In this document: piece by piece, positions 24,485 to 32,000 of the stretch
How the letters are laid out: each line of letters starts with the position of its first letter
Position numbering within the stretch: position 1 is the first letter of the stretch
NCBI RefSeq assembly: GCF_000023965.1
Contig: NC_013202.1
Coordinates: 1,230,001-1,262,000 of the forward strand
Reading direction: 5' to 3'
Source: Halomicrobium mukohataei DSM 12286
GTDB taxonomy: Archaea > Halobacteriota > Halobacteria > Halobacteriales > Haloarculaceae
DNA: 32,000 nucleotides
Translations under genes and position numbers: made by a program
The notes under the pieces: generated by a model
Seen by the model: only the letters and a program-made list of their open reading frames with translations
Databases searched by the model: none
Told to the model about the DNA's origin: nothing

Positions 24485-26064
24485 TACGGTCCTCCCGGGC
24501 GGTGGCGACGCCACCAGCGCAGGGCCTCGACGCCGGCCTGTGCCGCCCGCCCGATCCAGCGCTTGGGGACGCCGTCGACGGGAGCCAGCGGCGGTCCGCG
24601 CTGGGTCGTGACCGTCTGTGTCTCGGTGTACTTCTCGATCCCCTGGCGGCCGTGACGGCGGCCGATCCCCGAGTCGTCGACGCCGCCCATCGGCGCGTCC
24701 GTCGAGGCCCACATCCCGAGATAGCCGTCGTTGACGGAGACCGAGCCCGCCTCGATCCGGCGGGCGACTCGTCGCCCGCGCTCCGTGTCACCGGTCCAGA
24801 CGCTGGCGTGGAGCCCGTAGTCGGTGTCGTTGGCGCGCTCGATCGCCTCCTCGCTGCCGGCGACCGGCGTCACCGACAGCACCGGCCCGAACGTCTCCTC
24901 ACGGGCGGCGTCGGCGTCCGCGGGCAGCCCCGTCAGTACCGTCGGTTCGTAACACAGCGGTCCCACGTCCTCGCGGCGCTGACCGCCCGTCTCGACGGTC
25001 GCGCCGCGCTCGCGGGCGTCGGCGACGTGGGCCTGGACGGTCTCCAGTTGGTGGTCGGCGATCAGCGACCCCACGTCCGGCTCGAAGTCGAAGCTCGCAC
25101 CCACGTCGAGCCGTTCGGTCGCTCGGACCAGCGCGTCGCGGAAGTCGTCGTAGATCCGCTGATCGACGAAGACGCGCTCGAAGGAGATACACAGCTGACC
25201 GGCGTTCGCGAAGGCTCCGCGCGCGATCCCACGCGCGGCGTCCGCGATGTCCGCGTCCTCCAGCACGACCGCCGAGTTCTTCCCGCCCAGCTCCAGCGAC
25301 GCGTCGACGAGCTGTCGGCCGGCCAGCCCGGCGACGACCCGCCCGGTCGCCGTCGAGCCGGTGAACGTGAGGTGGTCGATCCCCTCGATGAGCGGCTCGC
25401 CCAGCGTCTCGCCGCGCCCGGTCACGACCTGGACGAGATCGGTCGGGACGCCCGCCCGGTCCAGCAGTTCGACGGCTCGCAGCGCGGTAAACGGCGTCGC
25501 CTCGGCTGGCTTCAGCACGACGCCGTTGCCCGCCAGCAGCGCCGGCAGCATGTCGGAGATCGCGAGCGTCAGCGGATAGTTCCAGGGCTCGATCAGCCCC
25601 ACCACGCCGACCGGATCGTGGTACTCCCTCGCCGTCGTCACGAGCGGGAGCCCGCCCGTTCGCTCGTCCGGGGCCAGATAGTCCGGCCCCTTTCGCGCGT
25701 AGTAGTCGGCGTTGAGGACCACGTCGAGCAGCTCTTCGAGGGCGTCGAAGCGGGCCTTCCCGGTCTCCAACTGGACGGTGTCGAGCAGGCCGGCCCGGTC
25801 GTCGAGCATCTCGTCGGCGACGGACTGGAGGATCGCCGCCCGCCGTTCGACCGGCCGCTCGGCCCACGCTGCTCCGGCCGCCCGTGCGCGCTCGATGGCA
25901 GCCGCCACGTCGTCGGCCGTACACAGCGGCACCGACCCAACCCGCTCGCCGGTGTAGGGGGCAGTCACTTCGAGGTCGTCCCGTTCGCCCGTCCGGGTCA
26001 CCCGGTCTCTGAGCCGCTCGCGCGTCCGTTCGGGCAGCCGTCTCTCGGCGTCGACCGTGTCCAT
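24484..26064 (-). CDS. NAD(P)+-dependent aldehyde dehydrogenase, succinate-semialdehyde-dehydrogenase-like (526 aa)
   Basis: EPWNYPL, VVLKPAEATP, FTGSTATG, ELGGKN and the catalytic Cys in GQLCISFERVFV. ATG 26064 is preferred; an in-frame GTG at 26070 is the alternative. Confidence 0.9.
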   Translation of the reverse strand: MDTVDAERRLPERTRERLRDRVTRTGERDDLEVTAPYTGERVGSVPLCTADDVAAAIERARAAGAAWAERPVERRAAILQSVADEMLDDRAGLLDTVQLETGKARFDALEELLDVVLNADYYARKGPDYLAPDERTGGLPLVTTAREYHDPVGVVGLIEPWNYPLTLAISDMLPALLAGNGVVLKPAEATPFTALRAVELLDRAGVPTDLVQVVTGRGETLGEPLIEGIDHLTFTGSTATGRVVAGLAGRQLVDASLELGGKNSAVVLEDADIADAARGIARGAFANAGQLCISFERVFVDQRIYDDFRDALVRATERLDVGASFDFEPDVGSLIADHQLETVQAHVADARERGATVETGGQRREDVGPLCYEPTVLTGLPADADAAREETFGPVLSVTPVAGSEEAIERANDTDYGLHASVWTGDTERGRRVARRIEAGSVSVNDGYLGMWASTDAPMGGVDDSGIGRRHGRQGIEKYTETQTVTTQRGPPLAPVDGVPKRWIGRAAQAGVEALRWWRRHRPGGP

Positions 26065-26146
26065 GTCCACCCACTACGGACTCAGAGCCCATGGGCTTTC
26101 GGCGCGAACCGGGGCGTTGAAAGCGCGGGGCCGTCGAGTACGGACA

Positions 26147-27154
26147 ATGAGCGACGACGAGCGAGAAACCTTCAGTCACGACCCGATCGATCACGCGGAC
26201 GTTCGGGGCGGGATGACCGTCGGCGAACTGGTCGAGCAGTACGGCGCGGCGGGGATCGGTGCGGCGGACCTCCACGAGGCCGTCGACATCTTCGCGGCGA
26301 TGTGTGACGACGACGTGACGACCTTCCTCGGGCTCGCGGGTGCGATGGTGCCCACGGGGATGCGTCAGATCGTCGCCGATCTGATCCGGGACGGCCACGT
26401 CGACGCGCTGGTGACGACGGGCGCGAACCTCACCCACGACACCATCGAGGCCATCGGCGGCAAGCACCACCACGGAAAGGTCCACGCCGAAGGCAAGTCC
26501 GAACGCGAGCACGACGAGACGCTGCGCGACGAGGGCGTCGACCGCATCTACAACGTCTACCTCCCGCAGGAACACTTCGCGCTGTTCGAGTCGCACCTCC
26601 GCGACGAGGTCTTTCCCGTCCTCGCCGAGGAGTGTGACGACGGCGGCGTCTCCATCCAGCGGCTCACCGAGGAGCTGGGGCGGGCCAACGCCGAGGTCAA
26701 CGAGTCCGAAGACATCGACGAGGGGGCCGGCATCGCCGCCGCCGCCTACGAGCACGACGTGCCGATCCACTGTCCGGCCGTCCAGGACTCCGTGCTGGGG
26801 CTCCAGTCGTGGATGTACTCACAGACCTCGCCCTTTACCCTGGACGCGCTGGGGGACATGACCGCGATCACCGACCTGGCCTACGAGGCCGACGAGGCCG
26901 GCGCGCTGGTCGTCGGCGGCGGCGTCCCGAAGAACTACGTCCTCCAGACGATGCTGGTCTCGCCCGACGCCTACGACTACGCGGTCCAGCTGACGATGGA
27001 CCAGCCAAACACCGGCGGCCTCTCCGGCGCGACGCTGGACGAAGCCCGATCCTGGGGGAAACTGGAGAAGGCCGCCCGCAACGCCTCGGTGTACGCCGAC
27101 GCGACGATCACGCTGCCGCTGCTGGTCGCCGGAGCCCGCGAGCGAATCGAATAG
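26147..27154 (+). CDS. dys: Deoxyhypusine synthase (335 aa)
   Basis: MSDDERETFSHDPIDH...LGLAGAMVPTGMRQIVADLIRDGHVDALVTTGANLTHD...GGGVPKNY...EARSWGK is a full-length DHS pattern. Confidence 0.92.
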   Translation: MSDDERETFSHDPIDHADVRGGMTVGELVEQYGAAGIGAADLHEAVDIFAAMCDDDVTTFLGLAGAMVPTGMRQIVADLIRDGHVDALVTTGANLTHDTIEAIGGKHHHGKVHAEGKSEREHDETLRDEGVDRIYNVYLPQEHFALFESHLRDEVFPVLAEECDDGGVSIQRLTEELGRANAEVNESEDIDEGAGIAAAAYEHDVPIHCPAVQDSVLGLQSWMYSQTSPFTLDALGDMTAITDLAYEADEAGALVVGGGVPKNYVLQTMLVSPDAYDYAVQLTMDQPNTGGLSGATLDEARSWGKLEKAARNASVYADATITLPLLVAGARERIE

Positions 27155-27370
27155 CCGTCACCGTCTCCACGCTCCATCCCGGACTCTGGATCGAGCTCCG
27201 TCCGTGTTCGCGCTCCGAGACCCTCTCCGGCGTCTCGTCGTCCTCGTCGGCCCCGTCCCGTCGATCGACGGCTTACCGGCGGGATCGTCTCCCGAGACCG
27301 GGTGCTGTCGCTCTCCCGATCGACCGAGATAGGAAATCTTTCGTACCGATACGACAGAGATGCCGTCTGG

Positions 27371-28009
27371 ATGGCTGATGCATTCGTGCTCGGTATCGCC
27401 GGGGGGTCCGGCGCGGGCAAGTCGACGATCGCGAAGGATCTCTCGGCGGCGGTCGATCCGGAGATAACGATCATCTCGCTGGACGACTACTACGAGGACC
27501 TCTCGGAGCTCCCGCTCGCGGAACGCGAGGATCGAAACTTCGACCACCCGGACGCCATCGACTGGGATCGCCTCGTCGCGGACGTCGAGGCCCTCTCGCG
27601 CGGCGAGACGGTGGCCATGCCCCAGTACGACTTCGAGAAACACGCCCGCGCGCCGACCGCCAGGACGGTCGATCCGGGGCCGATCGTCGTGCTGGAGGGG
27701 ATCTTCGCGCTGTACCACGACCGGATCGTCACACAGCTCGATCTCGCGCTCTACGTCCAGACCGACGCCGACGTTCGCGTGCTCCGTCGCCTTCAGCGGG
27801 ACGTGACCGAGCGCGGCCGCACCGTCGACGGCGTCGTCGAGCAGTACCTGTCGACGGTCAAGCCGATGCACGAGCAGTTCGTCGAGCCGACGAAGGAAAA
27901 CGCGGACCTCATCGTCCCCGAGGGAACGAACCCGGCAGTCATCGACGTCCTCCGCGAGAAAGTCGTCAGCGAGATGGCCGCCCACAGAGAGGCCGCCACC
28001 GAACTCTGA
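27371..28009 (+). CDS. udk: Uridine kinase (212 aa)
   Basis: FVLGIAGGSGAGKSTIAKDL (P-loop), ISLDDYY, NFDHPDAIDW, VLEGIFAL and RRLQRDVTERGR. Confidence 0.9.
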   Translation: MADAFVLGIAGGSGAGKSTIAKDLSAAVDPEITIISLDDYYEDLSELPLAEREDRNFDHPDAIDWDRLVADVEALSRGETVAMPQYDFEKHARAPTARTVDPGPIVVLEGIFALYHDRIVTQLDLALYVQTDADVRVLRRLQRDVTERGRTVDGVVEQYLSTVKPMHEQFVEPTKENADLIVPEGTNPAVIDVLREKVVSEMAAHREAATEL

Positions 28010-28012
28010 CCG

Positions 28013-29551
28013 TTACTCGTCTGTCGTCGCCGACGACGCTTCGTCTGTCTCCCCGGTGGCCGTCGGCTCCTCGGCCGCGGTCGACTCCGAGGTCTCGGAC
28101 TCCGTCTGGGCCATCGCCTCGGCGTCGGCGGCCGCGGCCGCCTCGGCCGCCGTGCGCTCGTCGCCCCCGCCGATCACGTCGTACCTGAACAGGAGCCACG
28201 CCGCTACCACGACGCCACCGGCGAGTGCGAACGCCAGCGAGACGGTGCCGACGCGACCGAACAGCTGGCCGACGATCCCCAGGAACAGTTCGACCATCGG
28301 CTCTGCCGACGCCTCGCCGCCCGCCGCGATCTGCCGTGTGACGCTCCGTTCGACGAACGACTGCAGCGGTCCCAGCGCGAGGTAGATCGGGAGGCCGGCG
28401 ATCACGAGCGAGACGCCGAGCGAACCCGCGACGGTCTGGACCGAGCGGGTCGCGTAGTACAGCAGGCCCACGAGTGCCAGCCCGACCAGCGGGAGGACGA
28501 ACACCAGCCGATCCAGCCAGGTGACTGCGGTCTGGGCGTCTTCGAGGCTCTGTCGCGTCGCGGGCTCCATGTCCTCGGTCAGATCCAGCGTGTCGGGCAG
28601 TTGCTCGTCGAGCTGGGCTTCCGTTCGGTCACCGACGGCGGCCGCCGCCGCGGCCTTGTGGCCGTCGATCTCGGACTGGAACGTCTGGTAGCTCATGTCG
28701 GTCGTCAGCGCCTCCGCGAACGTCGCCCGCATGTCGGTCGTCGCCGCGTCGAGCCCGTCGCTGTCGGCGTCGCTGGGTGCGACCGACTCGTTGATCTCGG
28801 CGAGTTGGGCGTCGACCTCCCCGTCGATCTCGTCGCCGCGCTCGCTCTCGATGCGCTCGCGCAGCGCTGCTCTGATCTCCGTCTCGTTGTCAGCGACGAG
28901 TTGCTCCTTTTCGTCTTCGGTGTACTCTCGCGGGTCGTAGTCGGGGATCACCAGCGCCAGCTTCTCGTCGTTGCTGGTGTTTTGCCAGGCTCGCTCGACG
29001 GCCTCGTCGAGGACCCGATCACGGACTTCGTCGCGGAAATCGGCCTTCGCGGCCGCGTATCCGCTCTCGTTGGCGGTCATCTGCTCGACGGTCGACTCGT
29101 CGACGGGCCCGTCCAGCTCCGTCTCGGACTGTGCGAGCAGCTCCGGGACGGTCGCGTTGCGCACCTGCTGCTCGACCGCCGCCGACAGTCCGCTCTTGAG
29201 GGGCACCGTGTCGACGGTGAGGTTCAGCGTCTCGCTGTTGCCGTGGAGATACGCGTAGGTCGCCGCGACGTTGCGCTCGGTCTGGTTGGCCAGATACGGC
29301 CTGTCGATCCCCTCACGAAGCAGCGCCTCGGTGTCGACCCCCTCGGCGACGCCGTCGGAGACCTGACCGCTCGCCGTCGCCACCGTCGCGTTCTCGACGA
29401 GCTGATAGCCGCCTTCCTCCTCGATGGTCGTCTGGGTGAAGCCCGGATCGAGGACGGTCAGGTGGGCCGCCGCCAGTAGATTGCCCGTGACGAGCGTCGA
29501 GGCCAGCAACAGCGTCACGACGACGACGGTGAACTTGCGAACGAGACTCAT
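28013..29551 (-). CDS. Large membrane protein of unknown function (512 aa): N-terminal anchor, about 330-aa acidic extracytoplasmic domain, C-terminal TM bundle, acidic Ala/Glu/Thr tail
   Basis: MSLVRKFTVVVVTLLLASTLVTGNLLAAA is the anchor. Then comes an acidic domain with N-x-S/T sequons, followed by LVFVLPLVGLALVGLLYYA, LGVSLVIAGLPIYLALGPL and VSLAFALAGGVVVAAWLLF. Start taken at the Met preceding the anchor. Confidence 0.6.
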   Translation of the reverse strand: MSLVRKFTVVVVTLLLASTLVTGNLLAAAHLTVLDPGFTQTTIEEEGGYQLVENATVATASGQVSDGVAEGVDTEALLREGIDRPYLANQTERNVAATYAYLHGNSETLNLTVDTVPLKSGLSAAVEQQVRNATVPELLAQSETELDGPVDESTVEQMTANESGYAAAKADFRDEVRDRVLDEAVERAWQNTSNDEKLALVIPDYDPREYTEDEKEQLVADNETEIRAALRERIESERGDEIDGEVDAQLAEINESVAPSDADSDGLDAATTDMRATFAEALTTDMSYQTFQSEIDGHKAAAAAAVGDRTEAQLDEQLPDTLDLTEDMEPATRQSLEDAQTAVTWLDRLVFVLPLVGLALVGLLYYATRSVQTVAGSLGVSLVIAGLPIYLALGPLQSFVERSVTRQIAAGGEASAEPMVELFLGIVGQLFGRVGTVSLAFALAGGVVVAAWLLFRYDVIGGGDERTAAEAAAAADAEAMAQTESETSESTAAEEPTATGETDEASSATTDE

Positions 29552-29740
29552 CGGGAGTCCACCCACTCTATGCGTGCCTGCATCGCCGAGAACGTGTGCT
29601 GTCGACTGTGAACCATGCGTCTGATACCCCGTCATCTGTGATCCCCTGACTTAGCCCTACCGGCGGGAGTATCACCTGTAATACTGGCCGGGACCGGGCG
29701 GTGGGGTAGTTCTATGTGGGCCTCGATCGTACGACGTAGT

Positions 29741-30244
29741 ATGTCACCTTCTGTCACGGTCCGGCCGGCGAGAGAAGACGACGCGGCGGCGATTCGGCGG
29801 GTCGCACACGCCGCCTGGCACGCGACCTACCGGGACGTGTTCGACGAGGCCCGCATCGACGAGATGGTCGAGGAGGGGTACGCACGGGACGTGCTGACGG
29901 AGCTGATCGGCCTCGACGAGGTCGGGCTGTTCGTGGCGACGGTCGAGGACGAGGTCGTCGGCTACGCCAGCTGTGGGATGACCGAGGTGATCGGTGTCGG
30001 CGACCTCGACATCTACGTCCACCCGGATTACTGGGGAGAGGGTGTCGGAACGGCGCTGCTCGAACGGGGCCACCAGCACCTCGCCGACATCGAGACGACG
30101 ACGATCCGCGACGAGGTGCTGGTGGCCAACGAGGTCGGGAACGCCTTCTACGAGAAGCACTTCGAGCGCGTGGGTCAACGGGCCGTCGAGTTCGACGGAA
30201 TCGAGCGGACGGTCAACGTGTACGAGGCGAGCGTCGAGGGGTGA
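29741..30244 (+). CDS. GNAT family N-acetyltransferase (167 aa)
   Basis: VRPAREDDAAAIRRV...VVGYASCG...IYVHPDYWGEGVGTALLERG...NEVGNAFYEKHFE shows GNAT motifs A and B. Confidence 0.85.
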   Translation: MSPSVTVRPAREDDAAAIRRVAHAAWHATYRDVFDEARIDEMVEEGYARDVLTELIGLDEVGLFVATVEDEVVGYASCGMTEVIGVGDLDIYVHPDYWGEGVGTALLERGHQHLADIETTTIRDEVLVANEVGNAFYEKHFERVGQRAVEFDGIERTVNVYEASVEG

Positions 30245-31792
30245 TCAGCGGTCGCGCCACCGCATGAACCACGGGACGACAGTTTGTTCGCCCAGGACGG
30301 TCAGCAGTCCAAGCGAGAGTCCCCACGCGAGGTGGGTCGTGAAGAACAGGGCCGTCACGTTCGGCAAGGGGGCTTCGATCCCGAGCAGTCGCAGCCAGAT
30401 GGGAGCGACGACCCCCGCCGCGACGAGCCACAGTGCCAGTCCCCACCCGACGCCCACCGCGAGGCTCGCTAGCATCCGGTCACGGTACGACGGCGGCACG
30501 AACGAGAGGAGGCTCGCGAAGACGAACCCGAAGACGACGCTGTGGAACTCGTGGGTGAGCCAGCCCACGACGGGGTCCGCCGCCCCGTAGAAGACGCCGA
30601 TCCCGGCGACCGACCCGCCGAGGAACTCCGAGACGAGACCGTACGCGACGCCCGCCAAGAGCGACGCGACTATCGTGACTAGCAGGTTCGGCATTCCGGG
30701 CCGGAGTCGGTTCGGGCGCGCCCGGTCGGCCGACGGCGTGCTCGACTCGACCGCCCGCGCGAGGACGACGGTAATCCAGGTCTCGCCGCCACTGCGCTCG
30801 ACCTCGATCTCGCCGCCGTAGCTCTCGACGAGGAGCCGGACCACGTTGAGCCCGTACCCCATCCGCGGATCGTCGAACTCCTCGATGTCGCCCGTCTCGA
30901 GCAGTCGCTCCTGGCTCTCCGGGAGTCCCTCGCCGTCGTCGACCACGCTGACTCGGGCGGTCTCTCGGGTCGACTCGACTTCGATCCGAGGCATCTCGTC
31001 GTCGGCGTGGACGACAGCGTTCCGGAGAAGTTGCCCAAACACGTCCGAGAGCCGTGCGTTTGCGCGCACTTCCAGGTCGTCTGGAGCGTCCGCTCGCACG
31101 ACGCTGGCGTCGGAGTATTCGTCCTCGATAGCCTCGACGCTCTCGGTGAGACGCGGTCCGAGATCGACGGGGGTGTTGACCGCCTGCCCGTCGCCGGCGT
31201 GTTTCGTGAGGTAGCTGACCTCTCCAACCGCCGCCTCGATGTCGTCGGCCCGCTCTGACACGATCTCACCGGCGTCGGGATTCTCGTCCTCCCGAGCAGT
31301 CCCGAACCCACGGATCGGCGTGAGGGCGTTGAGCACCTCGTGACGGAGCATCCGATTGAGGGTCACGAGGCGGTTCGTCTGCTGGCGGAGCACGGTTCGC
31401 TGTTGCCGGTTCCGCGCCGCGTAGAGGCCCGTGAGCGTGCCGCCGACGCTGCCGCCTATGAGGAAGGTTGCGAGCCGTCGCTCCGCCCGCACGGCCTCGA
31501 TCATCGACCCCTCGACGGCCGACCCCAGCAGCGTGAGGACGACGAGGACGGACATCCCGACGGTCCCGAGCACGCACCACAGTGCGACCGTCCGGACGAA
31601 CGAGCGGTCGGGGCCGACGACGCTCAGAGAGACTCCGAACGCCGACAGACCCAGCCCGAGCACGAGCGGGACGACCCCGGCTAGGTAGAACTGGAGCGGC
31701 TGTCCGTCGATCGCGAGGGTCACGGTAAAACGCGTGAGAAAGAACCCGATCCCGGCGATCAGGAGACCGCTGTAGTAGATGCGGGAGGTCAC
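30245..31792 (-). CDS. Membrane sensor histidine kinase with an N-terminal 4-TM module, a HisKA/HATPase core and an additional C-terminal 4-TM module (515 aa, GTG start)
   Basis: H-box LNRMLRHEVLNALTPIRGF, N-box LLRNAVVHA, G-boxes DDGEGLP and GYGLNVV. Four hydrophobic helices lie before the core and four after it (residues about 367-515). An A/T box AACTATTTACA lies about 27 nt upstream of GTG 31792. Confidence 0.85.
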   Translation of the reverse strand: MTSRIYYSGLLIAGIGFFLTRFTVTLAIDGQPLQFYLAGVVPLVLGLGLSAFGVSLSVVGPDRSFVRTVALWCVLGTVGMSVLVVLTLLGSAVEGSMIEAVRAERRLATFLIGGSVGGTLTGLYAARNRQQRTVLRQQTNRLVTLNRMLRHEVLNALTPIRGFGTAREDENPDAGEIVSERADDIEAAVGEVSYLTKHAGDGQAVNTPVDLGPRLTESVEAIEDEYSDASVVRADAPDDLEVRANARLSDVFGQLLRNAVVHADDEMPRIEVESTRETARVSVVDDGEGLPESQERLLETGDIEEFDDPRMGYGLNVVRLLVESYGGEIEVERSGGETWITVVLARAVESSTPSADRARPNRLRPGMPNLLVTIVASLLAGVAYGLVSEFLGGSVAGIGVFYGAADPVVGWLTHEFHSVVFGFVFASLLSFVPPSYRDRMLASLAVGVGWGLALWLVAAGVVAPIWLRLLGIEAPLPNVTALFFTTHLAWGLSLGLLTVLGEQTVVPWFMRWRDR

Positions 31793-31939
31793 GCGGCGTA
31801 CAAACTACTGGCGCTGTAAATAGTTCACCTAGCGACTCTCAGATGTGATACTCTCGCACACCGGAGACGGCGACGATGAACGACGTGGCCGGGACCGTTC
31901 GTGTGCGAATGACACTCGCTGTCGGTCGCTTTGACAGCG

Positions 31940-31945
31940 TTTAAA
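31940..31945 (+). promoter_or_regulatory. TATA-like box (TTTAAA) for the gene starting at 31970
   Basis: Centred about 27 nt upstream of ATG 31970. Confidence 0.4.
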
Positions 31946-31969
31946 CGGCCGATTGGCGTGACTGTGTGC

Positions 31970-32000
31970 ATGAGCTTCGACGTCGGACTCGTCGGCAAAC
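31970..32000 (+). CDS. First 10 codons of a gene running off the window (MSFDVGLVGK...). This could be the beginning of a P-loop GTPase/ATPase (YchF/Drg-like G-x-x-G-K-P-N-x-G-K-S start), but there is too little sequence to decide
   Basis: An ATG with a well-placed TATA-like box. 'GLVGK' resembles the N-terminus of OBG/YchF-type NTPases. Confidence 0.3.
   Translation, partial: MSFDVGLVGK

Overview
GC-rich archaeal chromosomal segment. It looks haloarchaeal (class Halobacteria): the proteins are strongly acidic, A/T-rich TATA-like boxes sit about 25-35 nt upstream of most start codons (leaderless or short-leader layout), and it encodes a Tat/lipobox halocyanin, PAN and aIF factors. The window is densely packed and essentially housekeeping, with about 37 supported protein genes. 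In order: rps19e, a PDCD5-like DNA-binding protein, a PP-loop ATPase, hisS, a SHOCT membrane protein, GNAT, truA, pepF, PAN, usp, pdaD, aIF5B, halocyanin, PRC-barrel + Nob1, a 48-aa RHH protein missing from the ORF track, a CPBP protease, pgi, secF/secD, RNase HII, aIF2-beta-TRAM, a DUF4397-like glycoprotein, csp, an SDR reductase + aldehyde dehydrogenase pair, deoxyhypusine synthase, uridine kinase, a large membrane protein, a second GNAT and a membrane histidine kinase. I saw no rRNA, tRNA, CRISPR array, transposase/integrase or recognisable defence or toxin genes, and I cannot honestly point to a new multi-gene system. Five things are not explained by the gene list. (1) Two copies (1332-1412 and 22737-22818) of an 81/82-nt long hairpin share identical sequence boxes at identical offsets but have unrelated, individually self-complementary interiors. 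(2) A 712-nt ORF-free, hairpin-dense spacer between rps19e and the next gene carries copy 1. (3) The same spacer has minus-strand terminator-like signals that no annotated gene needs, suggesting an unannotated minus-strand RNA. (4) The histidine kinase has its catalytic core sandwiched between two 4-TM membrane modules. (5) The small RHH gene overlaps the Nob1 stop. The many long Arg/Pro/Ser-rich ORFs in the track that lie antisense to or out of frame with these genes are GC-content artefacts.
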